From assembly GCA_965644295.1 (NCBI GenBank), contig CBFFRP010000389.1, positions 15,310-79,309 on the forward strand: a stretch of 64,000 nt of DNA, in the 5' to 3' direction. Below, in pieces: positions 34,000 to 47,132 of the stretch. Source of the stretch: Paraphysomonas bandaiensis (taxonomy: Eukaryota; Protista; Chrysophyceae). Position 1 is the first letter of the stretch. Every line of letters starts with the position of its first letter. Below the pieces are notes generated by a model. That model ran no database searches. It was not told the DNA's origin and saw only the letters and a list, made by a program, of their open reading frames with translations. A program made the position numbers and the translations under genes.

Positions 34000-34626
34000 C
34001 TACGTCCGCCTGTTAAACTGAACAAATTCCAGGAGCAGTCCAGGCGTTGGGCACTCATGCAGTGACGACTGAATAACTTTGCCTATATAAATACTTTTTC
34101 GTCTAAGGTACGGCACGGACAAGCATCGAAACCACTTTTTGATAGTTTGGACATCTTTCCAATCTTTCATGGTTTGGGTAAAAAGTGGCTTAATGTTGTG
34201 ATGTATAAAATGTAGGCCAGCAACGTATTCCTCGAAGTCTGAATAAGACTTCCATTTCACATATGTTATACTACCATAACTAAATATTAAACAGTATTCG
34301 GCTTTGATTTCTCCTGTTGAGTAATGAACGATTCTAAAGCCATCAACACAACAAGATAAACCCATCGAATCTCCATGGGCAAGTGGGGCATCATCACTAC
34401 TAAGCATATACTTCACTGATACAGATGGATTAGGATTTCGCCAACGATAAAGTACATCAACAACAGTAATATTGTTAGAGGGTTCTACTGAAGGCGGATG
34501 AGTAACTGCCAACCATGCATTTCGTATATTAACAGATTTCTCTTCAAAACTTTCTGTTACAAACATACCCCACATACCACTAGCTCTTTTCACAGCCCCA
34601 CTCTCATCCTTCTGATCATGATTCAT
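34000..34626 (-). CDS. Hypothetical protein with possible PX-like fold
   Basis: 208-aa ORF; AEYCLIFSYG..YVKWKSYSDF..., YLRRK...LLLEFV pattern is PX-like. Start uncertain. Confidence 0.55.
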   Translation of the reverse strand: MNHDQKDESGAVKRASGMWGMFVTESFEEKSVNIRNAWLAVTHPPSVEPSNNITVVDVLYRWRNPNPSVSVKYMLSSDDAPLAHGDSMGLSCCVDGFRIVHYSTGEIKAEYCLIFSYGSITYVKWKSYSDFEEYVAGLHFIHHNIKPLFTQTMKDWKDVQTIKKWFRCLSVPYLRRKSIYIGKVIQSSLHECPTPGLLLEFVQFNRRT

Positions 34627-35380
34627 AATCTATTAATAGAATTAATTAATGAGACCTTCACCGCACTTGGATATCTTTTATAAAGTAATCCCTTTCATTC
34701 ATTGAGGGATACTTCTCATGTATCCAACGGATAGGTCTCAAGGAATTAATCTTTTAATGTAATAGAATGAACTTACATAATTATGAGGTATGTCGTACAG
34801 TATGTATGGAGATGTGCACAGGACTGGGAGAACTCTAGAACTGACGTTTTCGAAAAATTGTGGCTTTTTACATAAAGATGGTATGTATTTTTATATACGA
34901 CTCTGTGTATATATATAGAAACCTCCTAATTTAGGCGTGTTGAGAGATTTTTAGTTACTGTTGGCTCAGGTATGTAAAGTGTGTATATAAAAGTACGTAT
35001 ATGTTGTACTGCCGTATGTACAGAGTATGCGTTGTATTGATGTTGTACGTAGCGTGTGGATAGTGCTGTAGGCTGTATGTTTATGTATGTATATGTATGT
35101 ATATGTTTGTATATGTATGTATGTACATGGTGTGGTGGATACAGCAGTACAGTGCTATCTGTCTCTCTACGTCTATACGTATGTATATATATGCATAGAG
35201 GAGTGTATATATACATGATCCACAGTCCCAACTGCATCATCTCACAATCCTCACTATCATATCACATCAACTCTTAAAATAAATGCTTCTTACCTTCCCC
35301 CTTAATCTCCTACCCTCCCTCTATTATACATCCCTGTAAATACCTCTCATTAGACCCTATATACACATACATACATACAC

Positions 35381-37006
35381 ATGATAGCTGGTGATAGGAA
35401 GGCTTTGAAGGCAACTCTTACACAGGGAATTAGTAATATATTAAGACAACTTGTGGACTTATATTCATCGAATTTAAATCATTTAGGTGATGTGTTCTTA
35501 CTCGTATGTTATCACTCTTAGTAGTAGAGTATAGCGTATAGTATATAGCGTATAGTATATAGAGGATAGCGTATAGTATATAGAGGATAGCGTATAGTAT
35601 ATAGAGGATAGCGTATAGTATATAGAGGATAGCGTATAGAGTATAGCCTATGTGTATAGAGTATAGCGTATAGTGTGTGTATATATATAACATATGCTCT
35701 ATACTATATAACGTTATATGTATATATACATTATATATACTTATACACATAGAGTATAATATATATACTTATAGGGATCCAAACATCTGTGATTGCTGGT
35801 CTTGCTTTCGCCGCTGCTATTGCCAGTAGTTTCCCGGATGAGAATACAGGACATACTTTTAATGTATTTTCTGGTCTTTACTACACCACTGTTCAACTGG
35901 CGCTAATATCGTCACTACTGAGCATGGTTATATGCACAATATCCGGAGCGTATGGTCCGTCTTTAGCACTCACTGGAAAATCATCTAAAGTTATAGTTTA
36001 TGGTGCGATATGTATTACTTGAGTTTCTCTTCATGACATGTTGTAAATGCAGCCGTCCGTGAGATGCAGGGTATGCAGGAGTACGTATTCTGTCTTGGTG
36101 GATTTTCCATATTTTGCTTGCTGACGGGACTATCGATATATGGGTAAATATTTTGCCACTACTTCTCTGTTGATTAACTCCGTCGTCATTAGATTTGCAA
36201 CCTACAAATTGGGCCATGCTATTCTCGTGGCATGCCTGTGCGTCGTTGGAGCTGTGCTTTTGTTTCGTACGTATTGTGTGCGATTGTATTCTGCCGTTTT
36301 TACGAATTTGTGCCATTTCATTCCAGGGAGGGGGCTAAGTACGCTGCAAGACATACGATATAAAGGATCCCGCTATCTGGACGAGATATTCCGCGCCTTT
36401 CAAGGTGTGGATGGAGACGTGGTGGATGTATCTACTGGACCCAAGGGCGCGAAGGCCGCTCTCTACCCAGCTGCCACATGTGCGGGGTACCTATGGAGAA
36501 GGAAGGAAATACACAAGGGAGGCACATTTCATATGCAGTACTGTGTTTTGACTAAAGGCGGGCTTGACATGTACAAAACCAAAGAGGCTTACGGCAATGG
36601 TGATGACAGATTAAGCCGACTACCTCTCAGGTATATGCGTCTATCAGTGGAGGCGAAAGACTTCGCCCCCGAGTCTTCTCAGGTAATTTATTGTACCATA
36701 ATATATTGGTCATGTAACTCATTGAGCACAGGTTTCGCTATCACTGATGGGCGAGAGGTACAAACGAGACAGAAAGCTCATGTTTGCCTTGCTACCTCTT
36801 GACGATCACGAGGTAGTCAATTCGGCCAACACTCTAGAGTTGCAGGCTACTTCCGTGGAGTCGTACCGGTACTGTTTCGTTGTATGTACACGATTGGCCT
36901 GTGCTAATATAGTTGTAGGGAATGGGTGTCTGCGTTGCGTTCTGTCGAAGAGTTTTATCAAAGTATTAATGGAAATGCTCTTACTGCTGTACTGGAGAAC
37001 ACGTAA
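35381..37006 (+). CDS. Orai-like 4-TM membrane protein fused to a C-terminal PH domain (multi-exon)
   Basis: Spliced MIAGDRKALKATL...LYSSNLNHLGIQTSVIAGLAFAAAIA (resembles Orai TM1 SRTSALLSGFAMVAMVE); further TMs; YGPSLALTG; PH domain CAGYLWRRK...QYCVLTKGGLDMYK...LQATSVESYREWVSAL; 5 GT-AG introns. Confidence 0.7.
35529..35680 (+). repeat. 21-bp minisatellite (GCGTATAGTATATAGAGGATA)n in intron 1
   Basis: About 5 tandem copies. Confidence 0.85.
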
Positions 37007-37960
37007 TTGTACCCCTATTTGCGTGTGCCCTATTATTTTATGTATAGTGAGAGGAGTGCAGTGAAAGTGTCATTTTTAATGCAGAATGATGCTTGGCCAC
37101 TTGTAGTGTTGACGTGTTGACCACAATATTTTTGTTACTCTAATATAATGGAAAAATAAGTCGACTTACGAATATATCTATACAAAGCTGTATATCGTAT
37201 GCCGCTGTGTAATTGACAGAGCATGCAATATATATAGTTTCCATATTTATATTTATATATTCCAGGGCTAGGTGATACTTTATTTATTTGCATATATATG
37301 CAGTGCTGTAAAAAATGGTCGGCCAGCAAGAACAACCCAACAATATTGTTAAGCCAGCTCACAATATATATTGTATCTACTACGGTTTTGATTGAACATG
37401 CGTAGAGGTCATTGGTTTCATGATGGCATTGATATTTGATATGCATGCAAGTAATTGTACATCAAATGTTATTATATAGTCATTTGTCATCAAAATCTTC
37501 TTTTTGAACAGTTTCATTTGAGTATGCTGTATGAAATAGCAATGCACTGGTCTCCCACAGCACTGTATGTTGAATTTTGTAAGAAATTCTACGGTTTTTG
37601 AATTAAAACCGCTACATAAAATATGCAATAATCAGAGACAGTATTATATGAATTAATGACATGCTATGAGGTAGTTTATACAAACTGAAATATATTGCCT
37701 ATCTCAGATTTGATAACAACATTGATTGGTAGTAGTAAAAATATAAACATTTTGAATGATGAAAGAAGCTAATCCCGATTTTAATAAGTGACCATTGTGT
37801 AAGTTTAACAGTTCAGTTCCCTCAACAAAGTCGGACTCGCACCTTTCATTGTTGTTCTGGGGGATAAGTACCGGAGATATTAACGTGAGCCGCATATATC
37901 ATATATATAGTCAGCAGATATTGTTCTGCCCACTAATTGCCGAATGCTTGTGTGGTGCTA

Positions 37961-38125
37961 GGGACACTACTTAGTGTCGCTTGACGAATATAAGCAGGTA
38001 TCCGGAAATGGTCCCACCTCAAGGGCATCCGGGGTATTTCATCTTAAGGACAGAGAGCAAAAGTGGTTGCAATGACGCGCAAGCACTTTTTGTACCACTA
38101 AATAGAAGGATATCAGAGTTAGGAA
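37961..38125 (+). repeat. Structured SINE-like repeat, copy 3
   Basis: Collinear with the reverse complement of 19205-19436, with two deletions. Confidence 0.7.
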
Positions 38126-38139
38126 CTAGTTAGTTAAAT

Positions 38140-38989
38140 TGTTTTGCTACATTAGTTCTGAGAAGGCGCAGCTCACGTTTTATGTTGGACAGAACTGATG
38201 AAGAAGAAGAAGAAGAAATACAAGATGATGGTGTGGTCTCACTGACTGATAAGAAGAACAAAAGCGACTATGCACGATCAAACCAACTAAGCGCCGCTGC
38301 TTGAAGCATATGTACTCCACTACTAATTGTGTAGAGATATTCTATCAATACTATGATAGTCATATACAGAAAGCTTCTTAATTGTAGGGTGCAAATATAA
38401 GCTCTGAGAGTTGACAAGATCTGAGAAAGAAGCTGTTAGAATATATCTCCGTTCAGACAGTGATTATTGCAGCAATACAGAGGATGATGAAACTGAAGTT
38501 GGTTATGCGGAAAAAATTCTTAAGTCAGCTCTAAAAATTAAGAAACAGAAATTTGAAATAAATATTATCTAAGTACACGTGCACGAGTCATGTAGTATGT
38601 TCTTCCAGTACATGTGAACGCCTGTTCAGCGCAGCAAAACTGATTATTATATCAGTGTTGCGCGAACGTGTATGCATTCTGCTACACTTTATATGCTGTG
38701 GTTTATGAAAGCTAATTGACAGTTGTGGCCGGGTGCAACCATATTTAAATTAATATTGAATTAATATGATGATGGCTCAGAGGTAGAGTATGATAACACT
38801 TTTAATTTGGTAATTAGGTTTGCTTATCAAGTGACCTTAGGCCTTTTAATGACAAGTACTAATACTGAAACTACGGATGTGTTTACCTACTGATTAAAGA
38901 TACTAAAATATTGCAATAGTGTTGTTGGACCGGTTTAAAAACTCCATCAATACTAACAATAGTATTGCATATATTTTTCCCCTTCCCTG
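38140..38989 (+). mobile_element. Decayed hAT transposase C-terminal remnants and one terminus
   Basis: Fragments LKHMYSTTNCVE, LTRSEKEAVRIYL and SHVVCSSSTCERLFSAAKLII (hAT dimerisation motif); ends TGCATATATTTTTCCCCTTCCCTG like other CAGGG-type TIRs in the window. Confidence 0.65.
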
Positions 38990-39216
38990 CTGTTAACTAC
39001 ATCTTAAAACCTAGTGCAAATTACAATGTGACTGGATCATGACACCAAACTCTGTTCAAGATAAGTAAATGATTACGTAAAGCGGACTTAAAATAAATAC
39101 TAAAAAGGTATAGTTGGCAAAAATCATAATGCAATATAGAGAATAAGATAACAATCAAATAAGTAAATAAAAAGCAAACCGCACAACAATAATAAACGTA
39201 AATAAATACACATGCA

Positions 39217-42200
39217 CTATATATCAAAACTTTTATAAGATTCTTTCGGTTGTTTACTTTCGCCATATACATCTGTCGACTTTTTCTTTTCTTCTGAAGG
39301 CAATTGTATATCCATAAGATGATGCATTTCCTCGTTTGTACCCCTCTCAGTGCGTAAAATTAGTTCTATACTAGAGCGACACAACGGAATTACCGCATAT
39401 ATCACCAGCACGACCACTACCATGAGTCCGACCACAAAAAGCACACCAGTCATTGCAGAATACCACGGTGTGTGGATTCCATTCTCATCCGAATCGTTCT
39501 CACTAATCACTCTGACGCTACCATTCAGCTCATTAGCTTGGAAACAGAAAGCGAGATATCCGGAATACGTGCTTGGTAAGCGCAAACCATATGTATAGCC
39601 CACAGACAGCGAGACAGACCAGCGCAATGGTGCAGATGGATCTAGAGGTAATATTCCGGTATCTACATGACCGAGGCGAGCCGGCGTCACGTCTCGCAGG
39701 GAGTGCCACCGTGTTTTACTGTCGGAAGGAACTAAACGTGTCATCCAAAGAAAAGGCCAATGTCGCTGGTAGAATCTGTCATTCTGAGCCAGCCACCCAA
39801 ATCCACCAATCTGTACAGATTTCCCACTAAAATCAGTCACGGCAGCCGTAAGGAGGTATGCATCAAGACCACTGATGACAGGAAAGCTCCGCTCTTCCTG
39901 TCCCTAAACATAAGTCATACATGAAATAAGACTCCTGCAGCAGCGTACTAACATTAAAAGCATCAAGCGAGATAGCAACGGCACGCAGTGTTCCTGTTGA
40001 AAAGGCGAAGATACTATTACACACAGACGTATAACCAAAATAAACAAACCATTGAAATCCATTTCTGCGATAAGGGCACGGTCATGCGTAAATCGTCCCA
40101 GTTCATCACTTATACCGACCCCAAGTCTGAGGTCAGAGAATGGAACTATGCGCTGAATACATTTACCACTCCCAAATTTCGAAAACTCATCAAACTTTGG
40201 TGGTTTATTGTTCATTCCTTTCTTAGGGGTCTTGTCAGACACGCGTCCTGCATCACTGAAATCGTCAAGACCCGTGTATTCTTCACTGCTTTCCCGACTC
40301 TTCTCGTTCTGTCGACACAGTTTGTAGCCCGCAGTAACAGTTACGTTGTACATAGCAGTAGTATTGGAAAGTGACAAATTACTCGATGAGTATCGTAGCA
40401 CCCACTCCGAGTTACCCGTTAACCCCGGCTCACCGAGAACAACGTCGCACCTTCGATACCCAGTTTGATGGATCTCAAACCACTCGTCTGGCCACAAAAA
40501 CAGCATATCAAGCTCTGAAACCCCGTCAGTTACTTCATCTGGTTTCGCAATACCGCCACTTATCGTTACTCTATGTTCACCTCTGCTATCTTCCAGCTGC
40601 AAAATCAAGCCCGCCGGTGAAGAGATGGGGAGATGACTGGAGTGATTCCAGCGAATCAGAACTGTTATGTTAATCACCTCAACGCACTCAGATTGAGAAG
40701 AAATGGATAATAGAGATTGCTGTGGCACTCTAGATGATAGATCCAGCGAGATGTCTACAGTAGCCACAGATGACGAAACCTGTTCCCTGTCATCAGGGTA
40801 GGGAACAATATACTCCTCTCCTGAGCCTTCATATTGAGGCCATTCTGCATTTTCTTCTGGGCCATCCACAGCACCTTCTAGCGTAAATACAACTCCCACA
40901 TTTTGTGCTGGGGCGATAGGTAAGTAATGAGACCGCAAAAGACAAATGTATACGCACTCCTCGTGATCAAGCATATCCGGAAGGCAGGGATGAGGAATAA
41001 CTACCTGTTCGTTGGGGTTTCTGTGATCGCCATTAGATATATTATTTCCCCAATAAAGTGAACCGTCAGGCGATACCAGCAGTAAGTCCAAGTCGTGCAT
41101 CAAAAGACGCGATGCCCATCCCACGACTGCTGGAGGGTCGAACCAAGCAATTGTCACCTTAAGTGGACTTCTGCCTGCGCGCAACCGCAGTCTGAAGCTG
41201 ACAACTGAATTCTGTGATAACGAGAGGTTATCGAATACGAAAAGTTCAAGCGGGTAAGGAAGTCCCGCATCATTTTTCAATCGCAGTATATTTTTGAGAT
41301 CTAAACTTCCGTAGCCTTGGTAGATATCAGGTTGGCTGTTGCTACTCAATGGAAACGAGCGAATACCGAGAGGGGCAAACTCTGGGTCTGAATATCGCGT
41401 TACGGGATTCCCTGAATGAAGTATAAGCGCCTTCAGCAGATATCCAGATGGTTCAAAGCTGCAGCACCAGCGATCCTTCTGTCTACACTGCGACGCCCAG
41501 AAGTCAGGACGCATAAAATATTCCCGAATTAGCAAAGCAGCCCCGGAAACCAAGGGCGCAGACATGGATGTACCTGCCTTCTCATGTACCGCACAACTGG
41601 TCAAGTTTCTCCATCGCTCAGCCCTTTCTTGTGCAGTTTTTCCAAACCTTATCCGCTGCGCGCGGTACTGATCACTTACGGACGATGAGTACGCTGACAC
41701 AAGAAAGTCTCCAGTGGCTAATATATCTGGCTTAAACCTTCCGTCATAAGTAGGCCCAATAGATCCATACATCGACACTGTTGGGGTTAGAAAAACGGAG
41801 TCATTGAACACGTTCCGCATTTGGGTTGCCCCCACGCACAGACTGTTCTTTGCATTAGCAGGTGTACCAATACTCCCCCACCCTCGAAACCCTCCATTAC
41901 CCGACGCTAGCACCACCAGAAAATCCTGATTTTCGTATAGATAAGCATCAATGTCATAAGCGTGCTGTCCATACATGCTGCTTCCTCCCGCCCAGCTGTT
42001 ACTGTGCACCCGTGCACCCGCGGCGTAAGCGGTGGGGAAAAGGGTGGTGCGCAGGCGTGGTACTAGTAAGAAAGGCGAAAATGCAAACCCAATGTCGAAA
42101 AAGGCTATCTTCGCACCAGCGGCTACACCATTCATATCTGAAAATTCACCCAGCGATGCCCCTGCCAGTGTTCCAGCTGTATGTGTGCCATGCCCACCCT

Positions 42201-43376
42201 CACTGTCCACGGGGTCCGCATATGGTACGTACTGTATGACCTTTCGCCTTCCGGACTGAACCGCATGAGACCTCACTGTGGTAGGAGACTCATACAACTC
42301 TGAGTTGTCTCGGAAGAAACATGATATATCATTTATTCCTGAATCTGCAATACCACACACCTGCCCGGTTCCATTTAGCCCAGCCTCATGAAAAGGATGG
42401 TGCATAGGCTCCCCACTCTCCGCCACACCACTCCCATCTGAGTTAGTAAAATAAGGCGCCCTTCCCACAGACACTGAGATTACTGATTTCTCCAGCAATG
42501 CAGCATACGCGACAAGTAAAAGGCAATGACCAGAAACATTGGCTAGGCTCACAAGATGAACAGAGTTTCCGAGCTCATGCACAAAAGGCACGGCAGTGTC
42601 GCGAGAATCATGGGTGTGTCTCCCGTGTGCTTTCTGCAATACTGAGCAGGACGCTCGAACACGTTCGTGCCACTCATATATAGAACACTCACCATCACCA
42701 CACAAACGCCCTACTGACCCAGTCAGCAAGGCGTCAAATACATTAGACCTGGTGATCCCAAATCTCTTGGAGAGGATATTAAAATCCAGAGATGTCAAAG
42801 AAAATATCCTCTGTGAGGCTTCCCTGTAATCTATCAGAACTGGCTCTATATACATGTAATGCTGTATACCTAACATAAGAAGTATCTTTACGGCTAGGAG
42901 GAAAGTCAATTGTCAGCATGTGAATATCAGACTCATCTCTTTCTACTCTTCGTCTGTTTTTGATATATGCCAGTAGCGTTGGGTGTATTTTTAACACCGG
43001 CAGTATTTCCAATACAGCCCAGTCCTTTCCCCATAGCTCTTCATCCTCTACTGATTCATACGGATCCACAAAATAGCACCCATATGGTTCAGTATGATTT
43101 AAAATTACAGCAAATGGATGAGTGGTTCTCACTGCAACATATTCAGATATTAATGTGACTTATAAGTACATTACCAGTCCTGTTAAGATACCCACATCGA
43201 AAATGTGGAACATCTAATAGATCAATTCTATTACTATGAGCATCTTTTATGAGATCATCCCATTCTTTAAGAGTTATTGAGTGATATGCAGTGAATATAC
43301 GTGTATTTATAATATGCGATACAAATGATGATGAATACACAAATTTCACTAGAATCCATAATATTAATAACCGCAT
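39217..43376 (-). CDS. Subtilisin-like S8 serine protease (KP-43/TagC-type), type I membrane protein
   Basis: Signal peptide MRLLILWILVKFV; catalytic triad GIADSG / GHGTHTAG / GTSMSAP; NAKNSLCVGA, DGRFKPDI, LKVTIAWFDPP, HDLDL; C-terminal TM GVLFVVGLMVVVVLVIYAVI; 4 introns. Confidence 0.9.
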
Positions 43377-43747
43377 AATGATACTATATACATTCAATGA
43401 AAGAATTTCATATCTTAATATTAATTAAGGTCATAATTCATGTGATTCATATGATATGAATGGTATGGTATGTTCACTACGAGTGTTCCATGTATGTATG
43501 TATATGATGGGAAGCAAGAAGCTATTCTCATAATTATAATATATGAAATTCACCATCGGTATATTGACGAATCAGATGTATGTATTATCTTTATTTAATT
43601 CATTATTGGCTAGTAAGTTGTATGAAGCTTCAACTTTTCCACAACAAAGATTGAAGAGAACACAAATTGAATGACTAAAAGTGTAAAAGTGGAAGTTTTT
43701 CAGAAAACTCCAAATATACTGTTCATATAAACAGGATGTGTGCGTTG

Positions 43748-43756
43748 AAACCCTAA
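43748..43756 (+). promoter_or_regulatory. Telo-box-like motif AAACCCTAA upstream of the subtilisin gene
   Basis: Exact 9-mer in a poly(A/T)-rich upstream region; single occurrence, could be chance. Confidence 0.25.
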
Positions 43757-43924
43757 TTTTCTACTAATCTTTGAAATACTGATAATAGAATATGACATTT
43801 TGTATAAAATATTACGGACTTTAATATTATGTGGTCATAAAACTAGACTTTTCGCTCTTACGTTTACTACTTCGTACAACTCGTACATTGAACTCAACAC
43901 GACAACAAGCAAATCTACAGTATG

Positions 43925-44069
43925 GGCAGTCAGCATTTTATTTTTCGGGAATAAATTGAAGCACAAATTATCTATATTACTGCAATAAAAATACGTCTAG
44001 AATACAAATAATTATTATCTCAATATTTGAGGGATATAAGAACAAAAATACACAAAGGATGCCGATACG
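43925..44069 (+). mobile_element. ~140-bp dispersed MITE-like repeat, copy 3
   Basis: Matches 15791-15928; ends GGATGCCGATACG followed by CATACA-like sequence. Confidence 0.85.
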
Positions 44070-45709
44070 ACTAACATACACATATACACACTCAGCCATA
44101 CTCTGTATGCACCATATCAAGAGCTAGATATACAATCTACTGCACGATATCCCATCATAATATTCAGTCCAATAGTAATAATGCCATTTACATGGATAGA
44201 CATGGATCAGAGATTCCTTAAACCCATATGTTTACTATTTCTTGGTGTCAAGACGAAAAAATATGTCCCAAGAGGACATAGCGGCAAAGTAGGCTCAAAG
44301 AATGTGTTTATGATCTGATTTTTGATTTGATTGATAGACACAAATCCCTAGCTTTGAGACTGATCTACAACGACAGGGAAAGCTTTTTGCGTATGGGTGG
44401 GGTGAATGAATGTCTACAGCAGCCGAGCCGTCAATTCATGGCAACGGAACTCACAAGAATGAAAAATATGAGAAAGAGACATATAAGTAAGGATATATGT
44501 ATTGTATGATACAAAATTTACCGTATGAGCGATCTATCAGGACTTGAGACTAATTCAGTTGGGCATCGTCCAAACGATATGGAAGCCCACAGAACAGACA
44601 GTATTCTGACTTCGACCAAAACTTGCCTTGGGACGAGGAGACGCAAGGTTTACTCATTCACGTGGAAGATACATTAGGCCAAATACTTTAAAATGAACAC
44701 TGTGTGGATGTCTCGGCTAGTGAAGGTAGTAGGCCTGACATACACCCGATAGGTTAGTATTAAATATCTATGTTATTGATTTCAGAAAAAAAGCACTGCT
44801 GAATGCAATGCATGACCTGAATTACCAGCTAGAACATTATTACCTAGGAGTACTTGTGCAGAATATGCCTTAACAACCCCAGCAGCAACACGCTGTGAAG
44901 GTTCATAGTCTTAAGATACGATGGAGACAAATCGTTTCTGCGTAGTACAACTTATCAATGCCCAACAATTGCTGACATGCAGGTTGGGGATGTGCCAATT
45001 CCTCCCCCTCCTCCTGGTTTGGCGATATTTGGCCAGAATTTTGCTTTCGATTGGGCAGCTTCACCTAATCATGAGAATAGTGATGAAATGGTATATCTAA
45101 ATATATATACACAGCATTCTTGATCGTAGCCCCAGCTTATTTCTTTTAAATCGCTTTTTTTGTCGTCGTACTGTTGTGTCTACTTTGTTCAAGTATGCGA
45201 GTAGATAGAGGATGTTCCACGATAACTATAAAATCAATTCTTTCCTTTCTACTATAATAATATAACGAGTGGCCGTGCTAAAGTAGACAATGTTTACGAT
45301 ACAGAGACATCTACTTATTAATGTGCTGCGATTCAAGGTAATGACAAAGTAGAACAATCTATAAACCTGACGCGCGACTGATTTGCTGCTGATGCTTTAT
45401 TCATTAAACGCAAGTTAACAAAGCAAAAACTATTGAAAATATATACAGTGAGAAATATCCATCAATATAACATAGCTAACCTTCGAATCCAGGAAACAAA
45501 GATATCAATATAAAAGAAACAGGCTACACACGTGTGTCCTCTAAGCTGTAAGATCAGGTCGAGTTGTATACTGAGTGTAGCCTGAACATGCCTATATAGG
45601 AAAGTCTGATTATTACATGAGAACGGTTGTGTACAGAAACTACTTTATGTCTATAGACTAACTAATAGCTGGATTTGCTATATACTACTAGTGGCGGGCA
45701 ACCGTCTCG

Positions 45710-45752
45710 GGACTGCTTGTGCATCGCTGCGAGCACCATGGTGCAACCATCC
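45710..45752 (-). repeat. Structured SINE-like repeat core, copy 4
   Basis: CTGCTTGTGCATCGCTGCGAGCACCATGGTGCAACC vs CTGCTTGTGCGTCACCGCAAGCACCAAGGTGCAACA at 19242-19278. Confidence 0.6.
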
Positions 45753-46170
45753 CTTGTATTGAGGTTAGTCGGGGGGTCTGCCTTTGGGCAATGAGTCTGG
45801 TGGGCCTGTGAGGGGTGAATGGGGCGAGATGTATATGAGTGTGTAAGTCGGTGGTGGAGATGGTGCTGGTTGTTGAGGTGGGGTTTCGGCCACAAGTAAG
45901 GAGGAGTTGTTTCTGGAGTGGTTGCGCTTGCCTCTGTCGGGTTTGGACTCTTGCAGAGGGTGTAATTCTTGGGGTGGATGTCGCCTGGAGTAGCTGGAGT
46001 ATTTTTGGTGTCGGGTGAGTATCTTGGTTGCTGTGAGTAGAACATGCCTATATATGTAAAACACGCAAACATAACAGTTGGCCAATACTTTCCACCAGTG
46101 TCGACTAACCAAAATACTTAACTAAACATTGATGTGCCCATTCATTCAATCTGTTACTGAGTTACTGAAA

Positions 46171-46498
46171 TGTTGAGTTTTTCTGTTTGAGAGCAATTAA
46201 AAGCTGTAGTTCGAAGGTATTTTAATTATTACAGGTAATGAAAGAATACAGAAGTCGTTAATTGTACTATGAAAACTAATGTCAAGAAGAAACCATAGCA
46301 GTGGAACTGAAATATATTTACCGTAAAAGATCGTGGTATACAATATACATTATATAAGATTGTATGAATAGTTGAGACAACATGAATGTGACAATTGACA
46401 GTGAGTGGCAAGTGATAATGATCTTAATTCACTATATGTTTATAATTTATTCTCTCAGCAAAGAGTATTATCTTGTTCAGTTATGTCAATTTCTAACA
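46171..46498 (+). mobile_element. Solo LTR of the copia family at 19437-20439
   Basis: TG...CA termini (TGTTGAG / TTCTAACA); 5-bp TSD TGAAA / TAAAA; first ~120 bp homologous to 20089-20200. Confidence 0.75.
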
Positions 46499-46700
46499 TA
46501 AAATAAAAATTATCCTCAATGGGCAACACAACCACACACCACAGAGAGGCTCTTTTGTCGAGCAAAGTTGATTATGACACCTGCGAGCCAATTACATGTT
46601 GTGGGATGCATATATACCCTCCATGGAGAGCGAGAAGTAGTTACAATTAATTCTTAGTCTGCTAGTTAACTAAAAATTAGTAATTAAGGGAGCACCACAC

Positions 46701-46791
46701 TATATATTTGAAGTTAGTAGGTATTATTGGCCATTATAATTACCGGGAACTGGACTACCATTAGTGGGCCATTAATGGTTACCAGGCCCTG
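46701..46791. mobile_element. Truncated right half of the 488-738 hAT MITE family
   Basis: GGCCATTATAATTACCGGGAACTGGACTACCATTAGTGGGCCATTAATGGTTACCAGGCCCTG matches 676-738. Confidence 0.8.
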
Positions 46792-47132
46792 AACCACACG
46801 TACCTTCACTTGTACTAAACCTGGCACATCTTAAATTTCATTTGGCATGATTTGTTCTCTGTCCCTCATATAACTACTTCAAGCAAATAGTTCTAGTCAG
46901 ATACTTAATATATTATTTATGGTAAAATATTTTAAATCGCAAGTTTGATAGTTATTTCTTATTTGGTTCGTGGCGCAACTCTATTCCTCGCTGGACCAAG
47001 GCGAAATATATTTACCATCTCTATCTCGTTTTTTAAATATCATATAACCTCTTCAAGCTTCACAACACTTGTACAACATAAAAACATATGTACATCATTT
47101 AAAAATCACAACACGGTAAAATAACACATAAT

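Noticed and set aside
44190-45100. Plus-strand gene divergent from the subtilisin gene
   Set aside because: Coding-like composition but multiple stops and no consistent splice model; at most an unidentifiable pseudogene
45662-46112. Pro/His-rich minus-strand ORFs as a gene
   Set aside because: Low-complexity, sandwiched between the repeat core and a solo LTR; more likely a retroelement fragment, with no diagnostic motif
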